DNA from: Thermodesulfobacteriaceae bacterium
GTDB taxonomy: Bacteria; Desulfobacterota; Thermodesulfobacteria; Thermodesulfobacteriales; Thermodesulfatatoraceae
Direction of reading: 5' to 3'
Assembly: GCA_015494065.1 (NCBI GenBank)
Contig: WGCA01000025.1
Span: forward strand, 4,396 to 68,395
DNA length: 64,000 nt
Position numbers and translations under genes: made by a program. The notes under the pieces were generated by a model. That model did not search any database. It saw nothing but the letters and a program-made list of their open reading frames with translations, and was not told the DNA's origin. This document shows, piece by piece, positions 17,030 through 24,351 of the stretch. Positions within the stretch are counted from its first letter, which is position 1; each line of letters opens with the position of its first letter.

Positions 17030-19252
17030 CTACATGAGCGGCGGAAGTTCTTTCACCGGGTGATTCACCTTCTCAATCCACTCCCGCACTTCATCTTCCG
17101 TATTGGCCACGGTTTCGTCAGCAATTTTGTCTATCAGGTCCGGGACCCCCAGTTCTTCCGCCCGAGCCTTGAGCTTATCCTTCAACTCTTCCTTCAACAT
17201 CTTGGGCATCCACACCACCCGCTTGAGGCCCCCCTCGGCCAGGAGGAACTTCCGCGAGGTGATGTAATGCTTGGAGACCCCCATAAACCCCGGGGTCACC
17301 TGCCCACCACCTACCATACCCGCCATAGTGGTGAACTTCATTCCCGTAGGCGTAAGGCCCAGGTAGTCACGGTTGACGATCATGATCCCGTTACAGGTGG
17401 GAAGTACCGCCGCGATACACTCAAAGCAACCGCAGGCGGTCATGGGGTCTACCAGGATACTGTAAAGACTTACCCGCTCCACCTTACCCCGGGAGGCCTG
17501 TTTTACAAACTCATTAATCCCCGTAAACTGGCCGAGGGTCTCGTCTATCACTTCCCCTTTTTCGATGGGCTGGTTAGGCCCGGTGGGGTTGATCTCATAA
17601 CAGGCCTTACCGTCAAGCCAGTTGTACGCTCCGCACATCCCTATCCGCTCAGGGGTGATGACGCAGACGTGGCTTGGGGCAAAGCTCTGACAGAGGGTGC
17701 AGGAATAATAAACGTCTACCTGTTCGTCGGTAAGCCCCGCAATCCGGGCGTCTCGGCGGGCGTATACTTCTTTGGCCAGCTCCAGGATCTCCTTGACCTT
17801 ATCTTCTTCGGTGTAAATGGTCACCTGACACTTATCCACGATGGCGCCAAATTCCTGCCGCAGTTTGGCGTAGAGGATCTCCCCGATATGGCGGAAGAGG
17901 AAGCCCTTTTCCACCGCCGCCTTACTGATCCGAAGCCACATGATGTTGCGCTGACCCACGTGCATGATCCCCTGGGCGTAGTTGATCAGATGGTGGAACT
18001 GCCGCTCAAGGATGGCCTCGAAGTCTTCCTGCATATTGGCCCCCGCCACTTCTACCACCACGGCGAAAGGGAGCCGGTAAGGAGGCCCTTCAAGCCCCAG
18101 TTTTTCCACTTCGTTAATCTCCGGCCCGATAACCTGGATCTTACCGTCTTCTACCTCGTCCAAGGGTTTAGAAAGCAGGAGCTCCACCGCCGGGGTCCGG
18201 CCACCTCCACACTCAAGGTAGAGATCATCCTTGCGCACCCGCTCTCCCTCAAAAGCCGGGGCGTAAGCCACCGGGATGTTGAGTTTGACCGCGGTGACTT
18301 TAAGCCCTCGCACCTCAAGGGCCCGGTCTACCATCTCGTCGTAAGGAACTTTGGAAACTACGTGCTCGTAGGTACACACCCCAAAGGGCTTGATTTCCGG
18401 AATATCCCAGTCAGAAATGGTGGGAAAGCCCCAGTTAATGGCCCCCGCCGCGTTGGCGTACCACTCGTCGGAAACCGGCCCGAAGGCCAAAACGAAGGCA
18501 AAAGTCCGGTCCTTATTGTAGAGGAGATTGCCCATATAATCGCCAGGCTTTATGCCACCAAAGGCCATGGCCACCCGGCAAGCAAAACCGATGGCAAAAA
18601 CCACCGAGGAGGTATCCGGCCCAAAGGGGATCAGACGGGTAGGCCAGCCTAGCTGGACCCCAAGTTCTTTGAGTTGCTCCGCCATCCGCACCCCGTTGGT
18701 GTCCGAGTGCATGAAGACGTAGAGGTTTTTCTCAAGGAGCTCCTGGGCAATCTTTTGCGCGATCTCTTTTTCCGGCGGGGCCCCTAAACAGGCGGCAAAA
18801 CCAGGGGCCGTGCCGTCCACGAACTCCACCCCTCTTTTCCGGAAGATCACGTCGTCAGCCGCCCCGAGCCAGATGTTGCCGTTTACCGGCTCCTCAGTCT
18901 TGGTGTAAAAATCAGGGTCTTCTAGGTAGCGGATGGCCTCGATAATCTCTTCGGCAAAGAAGGTAGCCATCCCCGCGTCCAGGGCCGGCCCCAGGTAGGG
19001 CAGCCACAGGTGTTCTGAAGGCTCAGGGGGTAGTAATTTCTTGGCCTCCTGCAAGACTTCTTCACAATCCCCCAGCTTTTTCACCGGGTAGCCGAGCATG
19101 GCGTAGATAATGGGGAGATAATAGGCGGTGTTCGGGAACCCTATCTCCTGGTCCTTACCGAACTTCTTAACAGCCTCTTCGTATTTTTCTAACGCCTGCT
19201 CGACGATTTTGTGCGCTCCCCTGATAGCGGCACTGGCAATAATCTTTGACAT
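17030..19252 (-). CDS. acsB: Acetyl-CoA synthase (A-cluster subunit)
   Basis: 740 aa from the ATG at 19252 (GGAGGAAACCGG precedes it). Begins MSKIIASAAIRGAHK.... Shows the A-cluster Cys region SCTLCQSFAPSHVCVITPERIGMCGA and CGCFE. Confidence 0.93.
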   Translation of the reverse strand: MSKIIASAAIRGAHKIVEQALEKYEEAVKKFGKDQEIGFPNTAYYLPIIYAMLGYPVKKLGDCEEVLQEAKKLLPPEPSEHLWLPYLGPALDAGMATFFAEEIIEAIRYLEDPDFYTKTEEPVNGNIWLGAADDVIFRKRGVEFVDGTAPGFAACLGAPPEKEIAQKIAQELLEKNLYVFMHSDTNGVRMAEQLKELGVQLGWPTRLIPFGPDTSSVVFAIGFACRVAMAFGGIKPGDYMGNLLYNKDRTFAFVLAFGPVSDEWYANAAGAINWGFPTISDWDIPEIKPFGVCTYEHVVSKVPYDEMVDRALEVRGLKVTAVKLNIPVAYAPAFEGERVRKDDLYLECGGGRTPAVELLLSKPLDEVEDGKIQVIGPEINEVEKLGLEGPPYRLPFAVVVEVAGANMQEDFEAILERQFHHLINYAQGIMHVGQRNIMWLRISKAAVEKGFLFRHIGEILYAKLRQEFGAIVDKCQVTIYTEEDKVKEILELAKEVYARRDARIAGLTDEQVDVYYSCTLCQSFAPSHVCVITPERIGMCGAYNWLDGKACYEINPTGPNQPIEKGEVIDETLGQFTGINEFVKQASRGKVERVSLYSILVDPMTACGCFECIAAVLPTCNGIMIVNRDYLGLTPTGMKFTTMAGMVGGGQVTPGFMGVSKHYITSRKFLLAEGGLKRVVWMPKMLKEELKDKLKARAEELGVPDLIDKIADETVANTEDEVREWIEKVNHPVKELPPLM

Positions 19253-19277
19253 CCGGTTTCCTCCTTTAATTACAAAC

Positions 19278-21914
19278 TTATTGGGCCATAAGGCCATCGA
19301 TGACCCTTTTGGTCACCTCGATGGCCTTGGGGTGTCTCATGATCAAGAAGTCTCCCCCGGCCAAGAGCAGAGCCAGGGCGGTAATCGCTTCCAGGGCTAT
19401 TCCCCGAACTTCCTGGTCCCCCAGCATGTCATCGCTCGGAAGCCCTGCCTCTTTGGTCTTCCACACCTCACGCCCCACGTTTATTACGAAGGGCACCTGA
19501 AGCTTTTCGTCCTGAGCGTAAAGAGCCGCAAGTCTTATCCGTTCCATCACGGAATAAGTATATTCTAAACCGTAACCCAGCGCTCCCACCGAAGGGTCCA
19601 TGGCGATCTTATCTAGCGGGACCCCTACGTTTTCAAGCAGGATATTGAGCTGTTTGGCCAGGTTAACGTCAATGGGGCTTGAGGCAATGAGGGAATAGCC
19701 GTAACCCATGGCCGTGGCCCCCAGGGCCCGGTGGTTGGTATCCACTACCGGCCCGATCATGACGTTTTTGGCCCCAAGCACGTTGGCCACCTCACGCAAA
19801 ACCTCTACGTCCTTTTCCGCCGAACCAGAACCCCAGATCACCAAGGGCACATCCACCGCCTTGGCCACCTTTTCCACTACTTTGGCCGCATGCTCCGGGC
19901 CGAGATCGAGAAAATTCGGGTCCGTACCAACCAGGTAGACGTTTATGGCCTCCGCCCCGTAAACCTCAACACACTTCTTGGCCCAGGCCCCCGGATCATC
20001 AAACACATCGGCAAAATATTTGGCCAGCGCCTCCGGCCAATCCTCAGGCTTGACGTCCAAGACCTCCATGGCCACGTGGGGCGGATTCTTCATCTCGCCC
20101 TCAAAGAGGTGGAAGGGGAGTACGTTAGTGCCACCGATGGTGATGGCCTTTTCCCCCTCTCCGATGGTGACTTCTCGGATATAGGCCGTCCCAGGTTCTT
20201 TATAAACGTCTTCGGGTATGCCAGCGGCCCTTTCAGAGACCGGACGGTATTCCTTGGAAAGTTCGGCAAAGACCAAAATATCGGCCACTTCCGGGGCCTT
20301 AACCTCCGCCGCTGGCCTTTCCTCAACCGCAGGCTTTTCTTCTTCCGGTTTCTTTTCCGCCCGGGCCGCCTTTAATTCTTTGACCTTTTCAAGCCCCTTT
20401 ACCGCCTCCGTCTTCTGCGGATAGAGCTCCAAGACCTTCTGGTAAGCCGCTTCGGCCCCGTCCAGGTCTTCTTCTTTAAGTTTTTTCTCAGCTTCTTTCA
20501 GTAACTCCTCAACCAAACGTTCTTTTTCGATCTCAGCTAAGGCACTTTTAGCGATTTCGTTTTCTGCCTCGAGCTCAAGGACTTGACGGTAAAGGGCCTC
20601 GGCTTTGGCAAGCTCTCCCGCCTCCCGGGCCGCCTTGGCGGCAGAGAGGAGATCGGCCACCTTCTGAGCCCGCTCTTCCTCCTCTTTGGAGACCGCCGGG
20701 GCTTCGGGTTTGACCACCGGCCTTTCCTCTGGCTTTATCTCAGGCGGTACCGGCCTCTCAGCGGGCCCTCCCAGCAAGGCCCGTTCAAGGCTCGCCAGAC
20801 CTTCATGGAGGAGGTTGATGCCGTCCCTTAAGGCCTCCATACTGCTGCGTAGGGACCCGAAGATCTCCTTCAGGGCCTCAGCCGGCACCTCCACCTTAGG
20901 CGGGGCCTCAGGGACCTCTTCTTCCACCTCCGGTCTTTCGGGAATAATCTCTGGTGCCGGCCGCGGTACCTCGACCTTTACCTCCTCTGCTAGAGGCCGC
21001 GGGTGGAGGCCCGCCCGTTTTACGATCTCAGGCACCGCCTCTTCCCACTCGATGGCCATAATGTGTACCCCGGCAATACCAGGGATCTCCCGCACCTGCT
21101 CGATGATCTCCACGGCGATCTGGATTCCCTCTTCCCTTTTGTCCTTGGCGTCCTTGAGTCGTTTTAAAATCTCATCAGGCACATCCAGTCCGGGGACAAA
21201 ATATTTCATGTAGCGGGCCATCCCGAAGGACTTGGGCGGGGTGATCCCTGCCAGGATATAGACCTTCTCGGTAAGGCCGAGGTCTCTTGCCATCTCCATA
21301 AATTTGCGGAACCGCTCAAGGTTATAAACGATCTGGGTCTGGATAAATTGGGCCCCTGCCGCCACTTTCTTGGCCAGCCGGTGTACCCGAAACTCAAAGG
21401 GATCCGCAAAGGGGTTGGCCGCCGCCCCCAAGAAAAATTCCACGGTCTTTCCCTTTATCTCTTCCCCGCACTGGAACCTCTTCTCATCCCGCATCCGCCG
21501 GACCATGTCCAGCAGCTGGATGGAATCCAGGTCAAAAACCCCTTTGGCCTCGGGATGATTACCAAACTTTTGGTGGTCCCCCGTAAGGCAAAGGAGGTTT
21601 TTGATCCCCAACGCCGCCGCGCCTAAGAGATCAGCCTGAATAGCAATCCGGTTCCGGTCCCGACAGGTCATCTGGATGACCGGCTCCACCCCTTCCTGCA
21701 TCACCAAAACCCCAGAAGCAATGGAAGACATCCTTACGATGGCCGTCTGACAATCGGTGATATTGGCGGCGTCCACAAAGCCCCGGATCAAGCGGGCCTT
21801 CTGACGGACTACGTCGCCGTCGGCACTCTTGGGTGGACCAATCTCACAGGTAACGGCAAAGTGCCCCTCACGAAGCACCCTTTCCAGATGGCTGCGATAT
21901 TTTTCGTTACTCAC
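19278..21914 (-). CDS. metF/acsD: Fusion protein: methylene-THF reductase (MetF, aa 1-~305) + ~264-aa Pro/Glu/Lys-rich and helical linker + corrinoid Fe-S protein small subunit (AcsD, aa ~570-878)
   Basis: One uninterrupted 878-aa ORF with a GTG start after GGAGG. The MetF part has TCEIGPPK, QMTCRDRN, LCLTGDH, FIQTQIVYN. The AcsD part has IREVTIGEGEKAITIGGTNVLPFHLFEG, VPLVIWGSGSAEKD, MDPSVGALGYGLEYTYS. Confidence 0.85.
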   Translation of the reverse strand: MSNEKYRSHLERVLREGHFAVTCEIGPPKSADGDVVRQKARLIRGFVDAANITDCQTAIVRMSSIASGVLVMQEGVEPVIQMTCRDRNRIAIQADLLGAAALGIKNLLCLTGDHQKFGNHPEAKGVFDLDSIQLLDMVRRMRDEKRFQCGEEIKGKTVEFFLGAAANPFADPFEFRVHRLAKKVAAGAQFIQTQIVYNLERFRKFMEMARDLGLTEKVYILAGITPPKSFGMARYMKYFVPGLDVPDEILKRLKDAKDKREEGIQIAVEIIEQVREIPGIAGVHIMAIEWEEAVPEIVKRAGLHPRPLAEEVKVEVPRPAPEIIPERPEVEEEVPEAPPKVEVPAEALKEIFGSLRSSMEALRDGINLLHEGLASLERALLGGPAERPVPPEIKPEERPVVKPEAPAVSKEEEERAQKVADLLSAAKAAREAGELAKAEALYRQVLELEAENEIAKSALAEIEKERLVEELLKEAEKKLKEEDLDGAEAAYQKVLELYPQKTEAVKGLEKVKELKAARAEKKPEEEKPAVEERPAAEVKAPEVADILVFAELSKEYRPVSERAAGIPEDVYKEPGTAYIREVTIGEGEKAITIGGTNVLPFHLFEGEMKNPPHVAMEVLDVKPEDWPEALAKYFADVFDDPGAWAKKCVEVYGAEAINVYLVGTDPNFLDLGPEHAAKVVEKVAKAVDVPLVIWGSGSAEKDVEVLREVANVLGAKNVMIGPVVDTNHRALGATAMGYGYSLIASSPIDVNLAKQLNILLENVGVPLDKIAMDPSVGALGYGLEYTYSVMERIRLAALYAQDEKLQVPFVINVGREVWKTKEAGLPSDDMLGDQEVRGIALEAITALALLLAGGDFLIMRHPKAIEVTKRVIDGLMAQ

Positions 21915-21941
21915 CTCTTCCTCCTCAAGCCGCCGTTTTAT

Positions 21942-22622
21942 CTATTTTTGCGAATTCATCTGTAGATCAGGCCTCTTACGCTCCCGCGGGCCACCATGGC
22001 CAGCCGGGATCCAGTTTTTGGCCGGAAAAATCTGGGAAAGCTTTTCCAGCTCCCCGCGGGCCTTAAGCCGCTCGTAAATCTGGTGCCATACACAGGGCAC
22101 CTCCGGCCTGATCTCACACTTTCCGTTCTGGGAACCCCCGCAAGGCCCATTCAAAAGATTCTTGGCACAGCGGGCGATGGGACAGAGTCCTCCGGTGAAA
22201 TCGATGATGCAATCCCCACAGCCCCGACACTTCTCTTCCCATTCCCCTAAAGCAGGGTTGGCCCCGTAAAAACTGGTATCCACCCCGGGATAGATCTTTA
22301 AATCCGGAAAAAGATCAGCCGCCAGATTAACCCCCACTCCGCAGGCCAGGGACACCACCGCTTCTACCTTTTCCTTGAGTTCCCCAAGCGGGGTCAGATA
22401 TTCCGGATCACACTGCCGCACAAAGGTGTCCTCAACGGTTTTAAGTGGGCGTCCTTGCCTTTTACGCGCCAGCCGCAAGGCCGCCGCCAAAATCTCCACC
22501 TCGCGGTCCCCACCCGCGGAACAAATGGCCACGCAGCCCCGGCAACCAATGACGGCGATGCGTTCAAAGGGCTCTATCATCTGAAGGATTCTCTTAATGG
22601 GTTTTCTTTCTGCAATGATCAT
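21942..22622 (-). CDS. metV: Methylene-THF reductase small Fe-S/Zn subunit MetV
   Basis: 226 aa, Cys-rich: VIGCRGCVAICSAGG, CRGCGDCIIDFTGGLCPIARC, NGPCGG. Immediately upstream of metF. Confidence 0.8.
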   Translation of the reverse strand: MIIAERKPIKRILQMIEPFERIAVIGCRGCVAICSAGGDREVEILAAALRLARKRQGRPLKTVEDTFVRQCDPEYLTPLGELKEKVEAVVSLACGVGVNLAADLFPDLKIYPGVDTSFYGANPALGEWEEKCRGCGDCIIDFTGGLCPIARCAKNLLNGPCGGSQNGKCEIRPEVPCVWHQIYERLKARGELEKLSQIFPAKNWIPAGHGGPRERKRPDLQMNSQK

Positions 22623-23014
22623 GAGGAAGTCTCCCCTTTTGCCGAAATCTCAAGCAAGGTTTCAAAGGTCCTCTTGGCCGCCTCCACCAAGGCCCCTGTA
22701 TCAAGACGGGGGACAAAGGCCATCTGTACCCGCTCAGGCGAAAGCCCAATCTCCTCAAGGATTTTCCGGGCCGCCTCTACCCTCTTTTCTGCCCGCAGAC
22801 TGCCGGTGTTGTTATGACAGCTTCCCTTCTCGCAACCCGCCACCAGCACCGCCCCGGCGTCTTCCTCCAAGGCCCGTAAAATGTCTACCACCTCGATCCG
22901 CCCGGAGCAGGGAAACCGCTTAATCACCACCTCTGCGGGGATGTCCGCTACGTCCTGAGCGGTGGCCTCGTTGGTATAATGGCAACAGAGAATAGCTAAC
23001 TTTAGCTGAGACAT
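22619..23014 (-). CDS. mvhD: MvhD/FlpD-family protein (Cys form)
   Basis: 131 aa: ILCCHYT...FPCSGRIEVVDILRALEEDAGAVLVAGCEKGSCHNNTG. Confidence 0.8.
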   Translation of the reverse strand: MSQLKLAILCCHYTNEATAQDVADIPAEVVIKRFPCSGRIEVVDILRALEEDAGAVLVAGCEKGSCHNNTGSLRAEKRVEAARKILEEIGLSPERVQMAFVPRLDTGALVEAAKRTFETLLEISAKGETSS

Positions 23015-23019
23015 CTACC

Positions 23020-23577
23020 CTACCCCCCTACCACCATGACCGCCATTTCAGGCGCGGTTTTCAGTTCGATAGCCCGGGCGGGACATTCCACCACGCAAAT
23101 CCCACAGGCCTGACACTTTTCAGGATCGATTACGGCGTAACCCTCTGAAACAATGCGCGGTGCCCCGAAGGGGCAGGTGCGCACACAGGTAAGACAAGCG
23201 ATACACTTACCCGCCTCCACCCGGGCCAAACGCCCGGTTTCAAAGCGCAGTTCAAGGGCCCGGGCCGGATCTTCCTGCGCAACCAGGCCTTTGAGCGCCT
23301 TAATCACTTCCATGGGTTTTACGTCCATGGGACAGACCGGCACACAGGAGCCACAGCCGGAACATTTCCAGATGGTGTCTCCGGCAAGCAACCGCTCCTT
23401 AAGCCCCAATAAAACCCCGTGCACTATGACCCGGGGGTCAAAATCTTCGGCCACTTTTTCTACCGGGCACACCCCGGAGCAGGCCCCACAACGGAAACAC
23501 TGGGCCAGCGTCTCAGGGGCCCCGGTGTTTATCAATTCCCCCGCCAGATGGGGATCGCGACCCTTAAGCTCTATCAT
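23020..23577 (-). CDS. Iron-sulfur protein: HdrC-like N-terminal half fused to a 2x[4Fe-4S] ferredoxin half
   Basis: CFRCGACSGVCP...CSGCGSCVPVCP (HdrC-like spacing), then CIACLTCVRTCP...CQACGICVVECP. Confidence 0.7.
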   Translation of the reverse strand: MIELKGRDPHLAGELINTGAPETLAQCFRCGACSGVCPVEKVAEDFDPRVIVHGVLLGLKERLLAGDTIWKCSGCGSCVPVCPMDVKPMEVIKALKGLVAQEDPARALELRFETGRLARVEAGKCIACLTCVRTCPFGAPRIVSEGYAVIDPEKCQACGICVVECPARAIELKTAPEMAVMVVGG

Positions 23578-23580
23578 CTC

Positions 23581-24339
23581 CTACTCCTTTGCCTTGGGTT
23601 GCCAAAGCTTTCCCTGTTTTTCCACCTGCCCTCTTTTGGAAAGAGCCTCCAAAATAGGCACGATATCTTCCTGGGTTGCCCCTGTTTTTTGAAGCAACGT
23701 CTCAATAGAGACGGGCCCCTTGCCCAAGAGGGCCTTGACCTCGGCCTCAAGAAGTTCTTTTTTGATAAGGGGCACGAGCTTTTCCTCCACCCGCCGGGAT
23801 ATACCTTCGGGACTGTAATCACCGGCCCTTTTTAATTCCCGGGCTAAGTTCCCGTAAGCCGCCCGGAAACGACTTTTAGCGGTAAGCTGGCGTGCTGCCG
23901 CAAGCCGCAGCTTGATCGTCTCCCAATCAAGCCCTTCCGGCTCGCCGAGGGGGCCGAGCTTTTTGATGGTCTCCGTAAAGTCCGTGACGATCTTTACAAA
24001 AAGCGGGGCCTCCGCCGCAGAGGCCCAGTCAATCCGGAAACGCTCCACCTTCAAACCTACTAACTCCAGGATCCTCCTGGTTACCTCCGCCATCAAAAGG
24101 GCTTCGTAATTACCAGACTGGTAATGACACTCGCCCAGATGTCACCCCCCAACCAGCACTCCGTCCGCACCGACGTAAAAGGCCTCCAGGATAAAACGTG
24201 GATCAATACGGCCCGTACACATCACCCGAATGACCCGGTTGTTGGGGGGATACTGGTAACGGGCCACCCCCGCCGAATCCGCCGCTGCGTAACAGCACCA
24301 GTGACAAAAAAAGCTCAAAATCTTGGGCTCAAAACTCAT
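23581..24339 (-). CDS. mvhD: Selenocysteine-containing MvhD/FlpD-family protein with a C-terminal winged-helix-like extension (252 aa including U66)
   Basis: Track ORFs 24142..24339 and 23581..24096 are in frame (759 nt). The junction is [31 protein letters not shown], where the paralog has AGCEKGSCHN. The tail [36 protein letters not shown] looks like a wHTH. Confidence 0.8.
24109..24125 (-). promoter_or_regulatory. SECIS-like hairpin downstream of the mvhD UGA
   Basis: Minus strand: UGA, 16 nt, then AUUACC-AGUCU-GGUAAU (perfect inverted repeat ATTACCAGTCTGGTAAT). Confidence 0.45.
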
Positions 24340-24351
24340 AAACCCACCCCT

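Noticed and set aside
16976-18652. A 558-aa plus-strand ORF antisense to acsC/acsB. Similar long antisense ORFs: 14977-15627, 19731-20375, 24124-24843, 28290-29153, 36163-36891, 47289-47996, 57237-58181.
   Set aside because: Each lies exactly codon-aligned opposite a strongly supported gene. In that frame stops arise only from the rare sense codons TTA/CTA/TCA. The translations are Gly/Arg/Pro/His-rich low-complexity sequence without motifs or RBS. These are classic shadow ORFs.
20208-20999. Possible tandem DNA repeat or recent insertion forming the MetF-AcsD linker.
   Set aside because: The Pro/Glu/Lys spacers are compositionally similar but are not nucleotide-level repeats. There are no flanking direct repeats or mobile-element signatures.
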